A stretch of 32,000 nt of DNA from Ignicoccus hospitalis KIN4/I (GCF_000017945.1 NC_009776.1:600001-632000), one strand, 5' to 3'; counted from the stretch's first letter, positions 8,800 to 18,170 are shown. Made by a program: numbers and translations. The notes: generated from the letters alone by a model not told the origin.

Positions 8800-8808
8800 G
8801 TTTAAATA
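8800..8808 (-). promoter_or_regulatory. Putative TATA element for hypF
   Basis: The minus strand reads ACATTTATTTAAACTTC upstream of the hypF start, in the 72-bp gap after rio1. Coordinates are approximate. Confidence 0.4.
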
Positions 8809-8833
8809 AATGTTAGAGAAACTGTACTCGGGC

Positions 8834-9781
8834 TCACTCTAAGCCCGTTATTCGCGCGTACATCTCAGCGGCGCTCGGGACCTCTACGCCTACGGAAGAG
8901 AAGAACCGGCGTATCTGCTGTATGTCGTGCATCAAGAAGTCGTGGGCGTAGGGGTGGTTTATGGGGACGGCTTGACTCACGTCTATAATTACCGGCTCGC
9001 CCTTCCAGTACATTATGTTGTACTCGTTAAGGTCCGCGTGGACGAGCCTAGCCTTTTGGTACATCTTAACCATGTAGTCGTATACGGTCTCGAATATCTT
9101 CTTCCACTCCTCTACGTCGAGCTGGTTGACGGGCTTCGCCAGCTCCACCAATAAGGGGGCCCTCTTGCAGTTCTCGCCTATGAATTCCATAACTAGCACG
9201 TTCCGGTACACAGCGATGGGGGAGGGCACCCTAACTCCGGCTTGCTCCAGCCTCTTCAAGTTTCTGAACTCCTTCCTCGCCCACGCGTAGATCAAGTGAC
9301 GAAGCCCTCTGTTGGCTATCTGTTCGAAGCGGGGGTCCCCTATGATGTACTTCCTTATGCTCTTGCGGAACTCCGCAGTTGTAGTTAAGTATATCTTGAC
9401 GGCTATGTCGTCGCCTTGCGGGCTCTTGCCGCAGTAGACCCTAGCCTCCTTGCCGGCCGATATGACGCCCTTCAGCTCACCTATGACACCTCTTCTAATG
9501 AGTTCATAGACGGCCATCTGCGTGGCCATGTCGAAGACTTCTTCGACAGTCTCAAACAAGTCCTTGTCCTTGTACCTCTTCAAGTATTTCCTTCTCTGGA
9601 CGACCTCTTTCGGAATGGGTTCTTCTACTTCCTCTTCTAACTCCTCTCCCTCTTCGAGTTCCTCTTCCTCTTCAAGTTGTTCTTCTACCTCTTCTTCCTT
9701 TTGGGGGGCCTTGACTTCTTCCTCTACTTTTTTCATGACGTCCTCTACCTTCTCAGCCTTGGTAACCTCCTCCTCGCTCAC
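8834..9781 (-). CDS. rio1: RIO1-type serine protein kinase with acidic N-terminal extension
   Basis: SAGKEARVYCGK, VLVMEFIGENC, LVHADLNEYNIMYW and VIIDVSQAV are RIO kinase motifs. About 70 N-terminal residues are Glu-rich. Confidence 0.9.
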   Translation of the reverse strand: MSEEEVTKAEKVEDVMKKVEEEVKAPQKEEEVEEQLEEEEELEEGEELEEEVEEPIPKEVVQRRKYLKRYKDKDLFETVEEVFDMATQMAVYELIRRGVIGELKGVISAGKEARVYCGKSPQGDDIAVKIYLTTTAEFRKSIRKYIIGDPRFEQIANRGLRHLIYAWARKEFRNLKRLEQAGVRVPSPIAVYRNVLVMEFIGENCKRAPLLVELAKPVNQLDVEEWKKIFETVYDYMVKMYQKARLVHADLNEYNIMYWKGEPVIIDVSQAVPINHPYAHDFLMHDIQQIRRFFSSVGVEVPSAAEMYARITGLE

Positions 9782-10176
9782 GCCTCCTCACCCTCCGCTT
9801 CTTCTTGTGCCATTTGTTGGGCAGTCAAGGCTATTTCTTCTTCTGTTATGCCCGCGAGTTCGGCTATCTCCTTAGGCAACAAGCCTTTTACTATCAGCCT
9901 CTTTAGCTCGTCTCGAGAATATCTGTACACTATGTCCGCCTTTTTGGGCTGGAAGTCCCAAACGGTTGCAATCACTATATCTCCTTCCCTTATCCAGACC
10001 CTCCTCCTCAACTTGCCCGGGATCCTGCCGTCCCTGACCAACTCGGGGTTGTCCAAACAGCGTATCAGCGCGTGGTCCGCCCCCACTATCCTCTCTACTA
10101 CGCAGAGTACCTCGCCTTCGCCCGGTAACACCACTTCTTTACTCTTCTCGCTTCGAGTCCCTTTCCTCTTTGCCAA
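9778..10176 (-). CDS. eif1a: Translation initiation factor aIF-1A
   Basis: 132 aa, GEGEVLCVVERIVGADHALIRCLDNPELVRDGRIPGKLRRRVWIREGDIVIATVWDF (S1-like OB fold). It overlaps the rio1 start by 4 nt. Confidence 0.95.
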   Translation of the reverse strand: MAKRKGTRSEKSKEVVLPGEGEVLCVVERIVGADHALIRCLDNPELVRDGRIPGKLRRRVWIREGDIVIATVWDFQPKKADIVYRYSRDELKRLIVKGLLPKEIAELAGITEEEIALTAQQMAQEEAEGEEA

Positions 10177-10237
10177 CGTGACACCACTAAGAGGACGTGG
10201 AGTGAAGGTTAAATGTGCCTCAGTGGGCTCGGACCTT

Positions 10238-10912
10238 TCACTGCTTGACTATTTTGGTGTTTATCTGAACTATGTCCTCGCTTATGGTGTTGCCCCTCAC
10301 GGTCTTCCTCCTCCTCTCTCCCTTCTCGCGCGGCCAGAAGCCCGGCGGTCCGCTGAGCAGAGCCCTCTTCTTGACGGGGCCCGGTATGTCGGGTCTCATC
10401 GGGAACCCGCTCTCGTCGGAGCCTCCCCTTATCTCAAGCTGAAGGCCCTTGAGGGTCTCTATGCCTAAGATGGAAGCTGGGACGGTCTCCCCTATCCTCT
10501 TGCCTATAAACTTCCTCGCGTTCTCCCCTTCAATAGTTATCTGGAACGCCTTAGTTCTGAAAACTTCTCCCTCAAAGCTCTCTTCGCCAAATACGTTTAC
10601 TGCTAGGTCCTTGTTTATCCATACCTCTCCCTCGGGCACGTTTTCGTCGACTGCGGCGACGACGTGGACGGTTTTCTTCTTTACTTCATCTCCCTCCTTC
10701 ACCTTTCTCCTTATCGTTATTATCTTGTACTCGGCCTTTGCCGCCTCCAGCAGCCTCGCGTTAACGCGGGCCACCGGGAGGCGGGTCCTTCGGTCGAGCT
10801 CTGCCTCCTTATCGAAGGGGATATCTTCCTTACCAACTACTTTCACTTTTACCCCGAGGGGGCGGGGCTCCGCCTCGGGGTCGTTCACTACTACCTTGAA
10901 CTCTAGCTTAGC
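10238..10912 (-). CDS. rps6e: Ribosomal protein S6e (eS6)
   Basis: [34 protein letters not shown]...[21 protein letters not shown] is the S6e signature. The ORF track starts at 10948, but GTG 10912 gives [13 protein letters not shown], closer to canonical S6e N-termini. Confidence 0.92.
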   Translation of the reverse strand, partial: AKLEFKVVVNDPEAEPRPLGVKVKVVGKEDIPFDKEAELDRRTRLPVARVNARLLEAAKAEYKIITIRRKVKEGDEVKKKTVHVVAAVDENVPEGEVWINKDLAVNVFGEESFEGEVFRTKAFQITIEGENARKFIGKRIGETVPASILGIETLKGLQLEIRGGSDESGFPMRPDIPGPVKKRALLSGPPGFWPREKGERRRKTVRGNTISEDIVQINTKIVKQ

Positions 10913-10948
10913 CACCTCAAACCTCACCGGGCGCGCGACGTTTGGCAA

Positions 10949-10957
10949 GTTATTAAC
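10949..10957. promoter_or_regulatory. Shared AT element (GTTATTAAC) between divergent S6e and fumarase genes
   Basis: It is the clearest TATA-like island in the intergenic region, reads TATA-like on both strands (GTTATTAAC / GTTAATAAC), and is centred about 40 nt from each probable start. Confidence 0.5.
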
Positions 10958-10989
10958 GATCTCTCGCGCCCCCTCGAGGTGTACACAGC

Positions 10990-12468
10990 TTGCTTAGGGA
11001 TGAGGTCGTAAACGCTGTGGTAGAGGCCATAAGGCTCGCCGAAACCGCGCTGCCCAAGTGGGTTTATGAAAAGCTGCTGGACGCTTACGAGCGCTCAGAG
11101 GGGTTGGGGAAGGCCCAGCTGGCGGCCATTTTGAACAACATAGAGTTGGCCGTCAAGGAGAAGAAGCCCATGTGTCAAGATACGGGCTTGATGACCTTTG
11201 ATGTTATAGTTGGTGACGAGTTCCCAATAAAGCCTTACGAAATTGAGGAGCTTCTGAAGGAAGCCGTGAGGAGGGCCACGCGAGAGGTCCCCATAAGGCC
11301 CAACAGCGTGGACCCGCTAAGCGGCCACAACCCCGGCGACAACGTCGGGAAGGGCGTGCCAGTCACAAATATTAAGGTAGTCCCGGGCAACACGCTCCTA
11401 ATAAAAGTAAGGCCTAAGGGAGGGGGGAGCGAGTACCCCTCCAATTTGTGCATGATACCGCCTTCCAAGGGGTTGGAAGGCGTTAGGGAGTGTGTGCTCA
11501 AGGCCGTCTTCGAGGCCGGGGGCAAGCCTTGTCCTCCGGGCATAGTCGGCGTCGCCTTCGGAGGGACCGTGGAAGAGACCGCTAAGCTCGCAAAAGAGGC
11601 CCTCTACAGGCCGGAGGCCCACGAGGAGGAGAGGGTTGCGAGGATCGAAAAAGAGCTGCTGGACGAAGTGAACTCCTTGGGCTTGGGTCCAATGGGCTTG
11701 GGCGGGGGGCCCACGGCGCTCGCGGTGAGGGCGGACTACGCTTACCGGCACCCGGCCTCGTTCCCGGTTGCGGTTAGGTTCAACTGCTGGGCCGCGCGCG
11801 AGGCCGTAGTTGAGGTTAACGCCGACGGGAGCTGGAAATTGGTAAGCGACAACGTAACTCCGGAGGACTTGAAGACCCCGCCGTTGGAGGCGGAGGACGG
11901 CGTTGAGATAAAGTTACCCGTTGAAGAGGAAGAAGTGAGGAAGTTGAAGGCCGGAGACGTGGTTTACTTGACGGGCACCGTGGTTACTGCGAGGGACGAG
12001 GCTCACAAGAAGATAATTGAGGAGGGGGCCCCGCTCGACCTAAAAGGTCTAGCCATATACCATTGTGGACCCGTCGTGACGAAGGAGGAGGGCCGGTGGA
12101 AGGTGGTGGCGGCCGGCCCCACTACCAGCGCGAGGATGAACGCCCTCCAAGCTCAAGTGCTGGAAAAGACCGGGGCCAGGCTAGTAATAGGTAAGGGCGG
12201 TATGAAAGAAGACCTCTTGGACTTCTTTAAGAGGTTCGGGGCGGCCTACTTGGCCTTCCCTGGCGGCGCCGCGCTCTTGGCCGCCAAGGCGATAAAGGCT
12301 GTCAGGGGGGTATACTGGTTAGAGGAGCTCGGGATACCAGAAGCCATGTGGGTTTTCGAGGTAGAGAAGTTCGGGCCCTTAGTGGTGGCCATGGACTCCC
12401 ACGGAAGGAGCTTATACAAGGAAGTCTCTGAGAGAGCCAAGACTAAACTAGAGGAGCTTCTGAAGTGA
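10990..12468 (+). CDS. Class I fumarate hydratase, alpha and beta parts in one polypeptide
   Basis: 492 aa. The N-terminal half has [20 protein letters not shown] and [10 protein letters not shown]; the C-terminal half has [13 protein letters not shown] and [35 protein letters not shown] start. Confidence 0.93.
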   Translation: MLRDEVVNAVVEAIRLAETALPKWVYEKLLDAYERSEGLGKAQLAAILNNIELAVKEKKPMCQDTGLMTFDVIVGDEFPIKPYEIEELLKEAVRRATREVPIRPNSVDPLSGHNPGDNVGKGVPVTNIKVVPGNTLLIKVRPKGGGSEYPSNLCMIPPSKGLEGVRECVLKAVFEAGGKPCPPGIVGVAFGGTVEETAKLAKEALYRPEAHEEERVARIEKELLDEVNSLGLGPMGLGGGPTALAVRADYAYRHPASFPVAVRFNCWAAREAVVEVNADGSWKLVSDNVTPEDLKTPPLEAEDGVEIKLPVEEEEVRKLKAGDVVYLTGTVVTARDEAHKKIIEEGAPLDLKGLAIYHCGPVVTKEEGRWKVVAAGPTTSARMNALQAQVLEKTGARLVIGKGGMKEDLLDFFKRFGAAYLAFPGGAALLAAKAIKAVRGVYWLEELGIPEAMWVFEVEKFGPLVVAMDSHGRSLYKEVSERAKTKLEELLK

Positions 12469-12534
12469 CCGCGCCGCACGCCGAAAATTCAAAATTTAAG
12501 CAGTCCTTCTCGTCTCTTCAAGGGAGGTCTCACT

Positions 12535-13950
12535 TTGGCAGTACCGTCGGTTAAGGGCAAGGAGTACGAGTCCGTAAGCGAGATCAGAGGTCAGCTGTTG
12601 GTGGTCGAAGGCGTAAGCGACGCGGGCTACGGCGAGCTGGTAGACATAGAGATGCCGAGCGGCGAGAAGAGGAGGGGAATAGTCCTAGAGACCGGGAAGG
12701 GGCTAGCGGTGGTCCAAGTCTTCGAAGGGACCACCGGCATATCGCCCGCCGGCACGAAGGTCCGCTTCACCGGTAGGATACTCGAGATGGGCGTTTCCGA
12801 GGACATGTTGGGCCGAATAATGAACGCCTTAGGAGAGCCCATCGACGGAGGAGCTCCGATAAAGGCAGTAGAAAAGAGGAACGTGTGGGGCGAGCCCATT
12901 AACCCTTACGCTAGGGAGTACCCAGACGAGTTCATCGAAACTGGAATAAGCGCAATAGACGGTATGAACTCCCTGGTAAGGGGCCAGAAGCTGCCCATAT
13001 TCTCCGGCTCCGGTCTCCCCCACAACAAGCTGGCGGCCCAGATAGCTAGGCAAGCCACGGTGAGGGGAGAGGAGGAGTCCTTCGCCGTGGTCTTCGCTGC
13101 GGTGGGCATCCAGTACGACGAGCTCTTGTTCTTCAAAAAGGCGTTCGAAGAGACCGGGGCCATATCTAGGACTGCCATGTTCGTCAGCTTGGCCAACGAG
13201 CCCGCAATGATGAAGATAGTCACGCCCAGGGCCGCGCTCACCCTCGCCGAGTACTTGGCCTTCCAAAAGGACATGCACGTCTTGGTTATAATAACTGACA
13301 TGACCAACTACTGTGAGGCCCTAAGGGAGATCTCCGCGAGCAGGGAGGAGGTGCCGAGCAGGCAAGGTTACCCCGGTTACATGTACACCGACTTGGCGAC
13401 GATATACGAAAGGGCTGGAAGGGTTAAGGGAAGCAAGGGTTCAATAACCCAAATGCCCATACTCACGATGCCTAACGACGACATAACCCACCCCATACCG
13501 GACCTCACGGGCTACATCACCGAAGGTCAGATAGTCCTCTCGAGGGACTTGCACAACAAGGGCATATACCCGCCGATAAACGTACTAATGAGCTTGTCAA
13601 GGCTCATGAGGGACGGAATAGGCAAGGGTAAGACTAGGGAAGACCACCCGGACGTGGCCAACCAGCTGTTCGCGGCCTACTCGAGGGCCGTAGAGCTGAG
13701 GGGCTTAGCCGCGATAGTCGGCGAGGAGAGCCTGAGCGAGGTCGACCGCAAGTACTTGAGGTTCGGTGAGGCGTTCGAGCAGAAGTTCTTAAAGCAAGAT
13801 TACTACGAGAGGAGGACCATAGAGCAGACCCTAGACTTGGCGTGGGAGGTTCTCTCAATACTGCCGGAGGAGGAGCTGACCAAGATAAGGCCAGAGTACA
13901 TAAAGAAGTACCACCCCAAGTACAGAGTGAAGGCCGCGTCCCAGAAGTAA
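12535..13950 (+). CDS. atpB: A-type ATP synthase subunit B
   Basis: 471 aa with [67 protein letters not shown] and [31 protein letters not shown] start preceded by GGGAGGT. Confidence 0.96.
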   Translation: MAVPSVKGKEYESVSEIRGQLLVVEGVSDAGYGELVDIEMPSGEKRRGIVLETGKGLAVVQVFEGTTGISPAGTKVRFTGRILEMGVSEDMLGRIMNALGEPIDGGAPIKAVEKRNVWGEPINPYAREYPDEFIETGISAIDGMNSLVRGQKLPIFSGSGLPHNKLAAQIARQATVRGEEESFAVVFAAVGIQYDELLFFKKAFEETGAISRTAMFVSLANEPAMMKIVTPRAALTLAEYLAFQKDMHVLVIITDMTNYCEALREISASREEVPSRQGYPGYMYTDLATIYERAGRVKGSKGSITQMPILTMPNDDITHPIPDLTGYITEGQIVLSRDLHNKGIYPPINVLMSLSRLMRDGIGKGKTREDHPDVANQLFAAYSRAVELRGLAAIVGEESLSEVDRKYLRFGEAFEQKFLKQDYYERRTIEQTLDLAWEVLSILPEEELTKIRPEYIKKYHPKYRVKAASQK

Positions 13951-13966
13951 CGTGAGGTGCTAAGCT

Positions 13967-14611
13967 TTGAGCTTCCCCGGCAGCAGGAGGGTTTTACCCA
14001 CAAAGATAAACCTCATCCGCTTGAAGCAGAGAAAGAAGGTAGTAGAGAGGATCAGAAAGCTCCTAGAGGACAAAAGGGACATTCTCTTAATGTACTTGCG
14101 CAAGGCCGTCGCCGATTACCAGAAGTACTACGACGCCTACTCCGAACACCTAGAGAGGGCTTACAGCTACTTAATTATGGCTGAGGTTCAGAGCGGCGAG
14201 TCAGCACTCAAACAAGAAGTGGCCTACGTACCGGAAGACTTGACCGCGAAGATCTACGCGCGCACGGCCTTCGGGGTCAAGATACCGGTCGTGGAGTTCG
14301 CCAGAACGGAAGTTAAGGGCGGGGCCATCTCTAACCTCTACTCTTCGCCCTATTTAGACAAAGCAGCGAAGGAGTTCGAAGAGGCTATGAAGTACTTAAA
14401 CAAGGCTATAAACTCCGAGATGAGTATATACAGAATAATGAACGAGTTACGGAGGACCCAGAGACTCATAAACGCAGTCAAGTATTCCATCTTGCCAGAA
14501 ATAGAAAACAACATAAAGTTCATCAAGAGGTCGCTGGACGACCAACAAAGAGAGGAGTTCGTAAGGTTGAAGCTGATAAGGAGTAAGTTGCAGAGCAGGA
14601 GGGTGGCATAA
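13967..14611 (+). CDS. atpD: A-type ATP synthase subunit D
   Basis: 214 aa with VLPTKINLIRLKQRKKVVERIRKLLEDKRDILLMYLR and NELRRTQRLINAVKYSILPEIENNIKFIKRSLDDQQREEFVRLKLIRSKL. TTG start. Confidence 0.93.
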   Translation: MSFPGSRRVLPTKINLIRLKQRKKVVERIRKLLEDKRDILLMYLRKAVADYQKYYDAYSEHLERAYSYLIMAEVQSGESALKQEVAYVPEDLTAKIYARTAFGVKIPVVEFARTEVKGGAISNLYSSPYLDKAAKEFEEAMKYLNKAINSEMSIYRIMNELRRTQRLINAVKYSILPEIENNIKFIKRSLDDQQREEFVRLKLIRSKLQSRRVA

Positions 14612-14775
14612 TGAGCGCGGCGTTCCCCTCGAAGGAGGAGTTGTTGAAGGAGCTCCAAGCGACCGTAGAAGGCGCGTTCGCTAACTCGACTAACAAAGTA
14701 AAGAAGAAAGCAGAAGAGGTAAAGACGAAGTACCTTGCTAAGGTAAGTGAGCTCTGTCGTTCGGTCTCTCTCTAA
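14611..14775 (+). CDS. Small charged helical protein (54 aa), candidate accessory/stalk-like ATP synthase component
   Basis: Not in the supplied ORF track. ATG overlaps the atpD stop (TAATG at 14609-14613). Translation is MSAAFPSKEELLKELQATVEGAFANSTNKVKKKAEEVKTKYLAKVSELCRSVSL. Confidence 0.6.
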   Translation: MSAAFPSKEELLKELQATVEGAFANSTNKVKKKAEEVKTKYLAKVSELCRSVSL

Positions 14776-14832
14776 CCTTTAGAAGTATTTTTAAGTTCAA
14801 ACAGTACGTTGCTCGAACGGAGGGATCAGAGC

Positions 14833-15174
14833 GTGAAGGCCGAATTGATGCCCAAAAGAGCGATAAGGAGCGTCCTACTGTCCATACTCTTCGTAACGCT
14901 CGTAGGCGCGAGCGCAGCCCTCGCCGCCGAGATGGGCGAGACGTCCCTAGGAACGGGCATGATGACCGGCCTCAAGGCCGTCGGCGCCGGCCTCGCCTTG
15001 CTCGGAGGCACTATCGGCGCCGGCTACGCCCTGGGCGCCACCGGCGCCGCCGGCATCGCCGTGATAAGCGAGAAGCCCGAAGAGTTCGGTAGGGTCCTGC
15101 TCTTCATAGGTATCGCAGAGACGCCGGCTATCTACGGAATAGCTATCGCGATAGTCATACTCTTCGCAATATAA
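14833..15174 (+). CDS. atpK: A-type ATP synthase proteolipid (K/c) subunit with cleavable N-terminal signal
   Basis: MKAELMPKRAIRSVLLSILFVTLVGASAALAAEMGE... is followed by two TMs, GLKAVGAGLALLGGTIGAGYALG and GRVLLFIGIAETPAIYGIAIAIVILFAI, with the conserved Glu. GTG start follows GGAGGG; the tracked start at 14809 is probably too early. Confidence 0.88.
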   Translation: MKAELMPKRAIRSVLLSILFVTLVGASAALAAEMGETSLGTGMMTGLKAVGAGLALLGGTIGAGYALGATGAAGIAVISEKPEEFGRVLLFIGIAETPAIYGIAIAIVILFAI

Positions 15175-15178
15175 CAGC

Positions 15179-15184
15179 TTTTTT
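15179..15184 (+). terminator. Oligo-T tract downstream of atpK
   Basis: T6 run a few nt after the TAA stop. Confidence 0.5.
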
Positions 15185-15222
15185 AGACACAGCGAAAATT
15201 AACGTCCCTTTGTTCGAGATCC

Positions 15223-16506
15223 GTGGGTAAAAGCGTGGACCGGTCGCTCGAGCTCTTCCAAATTGCAAAGAACTTGTTCCCGGGAGGGGTGAACAGCCCC
15301 ATAAGGGCTGCTGTAAAACCGTATCCGTTTTACGTAAAGAAGGCCAGCGGCGCCACTTTAGTGACTGTCGACGGCGTAGAACTAATTGACTACGTACTGG
15401 GTTACGGCCCCTTAATACTAGGTCACATGCACCCTAAGGTCTTGGAAGCGGTGGAAGAGCAACTGAACAGAGGCTGGTTGTACGGTACCCCCCACGAACT
15501 CGAGATAGAGCTAGCAAAGAAGATAGTGAGCCATTACCCCTCTATTGATATGGTTAGGTTCGTGAATTCGGGGACTGAAGCGACGATGACCGCCATAAGG
15601 CTGGCCAGGGGTTTCACTAAGAAGAACAAAATAATCAAGTTCGACGGCTGCTACCACGGAGCACACGACTCCGTCTTAGTCAAGGCCGGCTCGGCCGTCT
15701 CGCACTTCGGGGTCCCCGGCTCCGCCGGCGTCCCAGAGGAGGTGAGCAAGCTAACCTTGGTGGTGCCCTTCAACGACGTTGAAGCGGTAGAGAAGGTGGC
15801 CAAGGAGAATCAAGACGACTTGGCCGCTATAATTGTTGAACCGGTGATGGGGAATGCCGGCGTAATCCCTCCCAAGGAGGGCTTCCTCAAGGAGTTGAGG
15901 AGGATCGCCGATGAGACCGGCGCGCTCTTGATCTTCGACGAAGTGATCACCGGGTACAGGCTGGGCTTGGGTGGCGCCCAAGCGAAGTTCGGCGTAGTAC
16001 CGGATCTAACTACCTTAGGCAAGATAGTTGGCGGAGGCTTCCCGGTAGGCGTCGTCGGAGGTAAGAGGGAGATCATGGAATACCTAACCCCCTCTGGCCC
16101 AGTGTTTAACGCCGGCACGTTCAACGCGCACCCCGTAACTATGGCAGCGGGGCTCGCGACTATCAACGAACTCGAGAGGGGGTACGTCTACGAGGTCGCC
16201 AACAGCGCGGCAGAAAAGGTGGCCAAGGCGTTGGAACAAGAAGCGGTGGCCAAGTTCGGGGGCGTAGTGCACAGAGTGGCCAGCATGTTCCAGTGGTTCC
16301 CCGGGGTGGAAGAAGTTAACAACTACGCCGACGCCTTGAAGGCCAACAAGGAAATCTCGTTAAGGCTGCACGAGGAACTTCTGAAGAGAGGAGTATTCAT
16401 AGCGCCGAGCTTGTTCGAAGCGTGGTTCACCTCCGCGGCTCACGGGGAGGACGTGGTCAACAAGACGTTGGAGGCCTTATCCGAAGCGCTAAAGGTGATA
16501 TCTTGA
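15223..16506 (+). CDS. hemL: Glutamate-1-semialdehyde 2,1-aminomutase
   Basis: 427 aa with [65 protein letters not shown] and [20 protein letters not shown]. Confidence 0.96.
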   Translation: MGKSVDRSLELFQIAKNLFPGGVNSPIRAAVKPYPFYVKKASGATLVTVDGVELIDYVLGYGPLILGHMHPKVLEAVEEQLNRGWLYGTPHELEIELAKKIVSHYPSIDMVRFVNSGTEATMTAIRLARGFTKKNKIIKFDGCYHGAHDSVLVKAGSAVSHFGVPGSAGVPEEVSKLTLVVPFNDVEAVEKVAKENQDDLAAIIVEPVMGNAGVIPPKEGFLKELRRIADETGALLIFDEVITGYRLGLGGAQAKFGVVPDLTTLGKIVGGGFPVGVVGGKREIMEYLTPSGPVFNAGTFNAHPVTMAAGLATINELERGYVYEVANSAAEKVAKALEQEAVAKFGGVVHRVASMFQWFPGVEEVNNYADALKANKEISLRLHEELLKRGVFIAPSLFEAWFTSAAHGEDVVNKTLEALSEALKVIS

Positions 16507-17417
16507 AAATCAAGATAGCCGCGCGCGGGAGCAAACTCAGCTTAAAGCAAGTATCCATGTTCACCTCCTACCTCCTCAAGTTCTTTCCCGACTTGGAGTA
16601 CGAAGTGATAACAGTCAAAACCACCGGGGACAAGGCCAACGCCCCTTTCGAGGAGCTCGCCAAAAGGGGCCTCACCGGCCTCTTCGAGAAGGAAGTTAAC
16701 AAGGCCGTATTGGAGGGGAAGGCCGACGTGGCGGTCCACTCACTCAAGGACTTACCCACAGAACTGGACCCTAGGTTAGAAATAGCGGCCTTCTTGCCCC
16801 GCGACCCCCCTTACGACGTCTTGATCTCCAGGGCCGGCAACTACGACATATTTGACCTCCCCAAAGGCTCCGTGGTGGGGACCTCCTCGGCCCGCAGGAA
16901 GGCTTTAATCAAGAACTTGAGACCCGATCTCGTAGTAAAGGACTTGAGGGGCAACGTGGACACGCGCTTGGAAAAGCTGAGGAGGGGAGAGTACGACGCC
17001 ATAGTTCTGGCCGAGGCGGGGGTGTCTAGGTTGGGACTTAATGTCGATTACGTTAGGCTCGATTGGAGGCTCTTCCCTCCCTCGCCCGGCCAAGGGATAA
17101 TTGTAGCTGTAACTAGAAAGGGTAGCGAAATATCTGACCTGTTGAAGTCCATAAGCGACGTGAAAAGCGAGAAGCTCGCAACCGCCGAAAGGACCGTGTT
17201 GAAAGAGTTCGGTGGGGGTTGTTTCGTAGCGTTGGGGGCCATAGCTTTCGAAGAGGGAAGTTTGATTAGGCTGAGGGCTACGGTCTTAAGCCCCAGCGGG
17301 AGGGAGAGGGTAGACGTGGAGCTGATAGGCAAGGGCCCGGAGGAGGTAGGGATGAGGGCAGCAGAACGCTTGAAGGCCCTAAACCCGATGAAGACTACGG
17401 TGGGTTCCGAGGAGTGA
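16503..17417 (+). CDS. hemC: Hydroxymethylbilane synthase (porphobilinogen deaminase)
   Basis: [67 protein letters not shown] and [12 protein letters not shown] at 16503 overlaps the hemL stop and fits better than the tracked 16422 start. Confidence 0.95.
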   Translation: MKIKIAARGSKLSLKQVSMFTSYLLKFFPDLEYEVITVKTTGDKANAPFEELAKRGLTGLFEKEVNKAVLEGKADVAVHSLKDLPTELDPRLEIAAFLPRDPPYDVLISRAGNYDIFDLPKGSVVGTSSARRKALIKNLRPDLVVKDLRGNVDTRLEKLRRGEYDAIVLAEAGVSRLGLNVDYVRLDWRLFPPSPGQGIIVAVTRKGSEISDLLKSISDVKSEKLATAERTVLKEFGGGCFVALGAIAFEEGSLIRLRATVLSPSGRERVDVELIGKGPEEVGMRAAERLKALNPMKTTVGSEE

Positions 17418-17477
17418 CGAAGTTCGCTAGGGCTGAGGCTCCTCGCTTTGGCCCCTCTTCACCCCAAACAGTCGGGA

Positions 17478-17503
17478 GGCCCGGTCCGAGGTTAGACCGG
17501 GCC
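17478..17503 (+). other. Perfect 9-bp GC-rich hairpin, GGCCCGGTC-cgaggtta-GACCGGGCC
   Basis: Read directly from the sequence, between hemC and the ASCH gene. Confidence 0.5.
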
Positions 17504-17570
17504 CGTTTCCAGTCATCGCCGGGTGGAGGCCTTGGGTGGGGAGAGAAAAAAGTTCCTAGGAAGGCATCTA

Positions 17571-18116
17571 ATGGTAAAGGGTAAGTACGTAGATTTAATA
17601 TTAAGTGGTAAGAAGACCGCCACTATAAGGAAAGGTTACTGGGTTCCAAAGTATAAGGAAATAATTTTGCACGGGGGAGGGAGACCGTTCGCGGTGGCCG
17701 AAATCACGGAGGTCAAGCACAAGAAGCTGAAAGAGCTCACGCCCAACGAGGTCCGCGCGGACGGCTTCGAGAGTTTGGCCGAACTCAAGGAGGCGTTGAG
17801 GGGCGCCTACGGCGACATCAGCGACGAAGATACAATAACTGTAATTTCATTCAAAATAAAGAAGAAGTTGACCGAATTGGACGTCAAAGATCCGTACATG
17901 GGGTTGAAGCCAACCGAAGTAGCCAGGTTGGCCCTCAGGTACTTGGACCTCAGCGAGGAAGAGAGGAAGATACTGAAGACCCTAGTAGACACGGGGAGCT
18001 TGAGGGAGGCCGCTATAAGACTCTTCGGTGACATAGGCGCGCGCTGGAGGATTAGGAAGGTGTTAAAGAGGTCGCTCGCGGAGTTAGTCAAGAGAGGTTA
18101 CATAGGGCCTAGGTAG
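17571..18116 (+). CDS. ASCH-domain protein with C-terminal helical/winged-helix-like region
   Basis: VKGKYVDLILSGKKTATIRKGYWVP...AVAEITEVKHKKLKELT is ASCH-like. ATG at 17571 follows AGGAAGG; the tracked GTG start at 17523 is an alternative. Confidence 0.75.
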   Translation: MVKGKYVDLILSGKKTATIRKGYWVPKYKEIILHGGGRPFAVAEITEVKHKKLKELTPNEVRADGFESLAELKEALRGAYGDISDEDTITVISFKIKKKLTELDVKDPYMGLKPTEVARLALRYLDLSEEERKILKTLVDTGSLREAAIRLFGDIGARWRIRKVLKRSLAELVKRGYIGPR

Positions 18117-18170
18117 CTCGGTTAGTAAAGCCTTAAATCCCCCGTTCCCGCAGCGGCCCCGGTAGGAGAG

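Noticed and set aside
14809-14832. Tracked TTG start for the K subunit
   Set aside because: GTG 14833 has a GGAGGG ribosome-binding-like sequence directly upstream and yields a clean signal peptide.
16422-16502. N-terminal extension of hemC in the ORF track ([18 protein letters not shown]...)
   Set aside because: It overlaps the hemL coding end and does not resemble HemC; TTG 16503 gives a canonical start [14 protein letters not shown].
17418-17570. Possible tRNA, 5S rRNA or C/D box sRNA after hemC
   Set aside because: I found no T-loop consensus, no 5S-like helices and no convincing C/D box pair, so I report only the hairpin and the unexplained gap.
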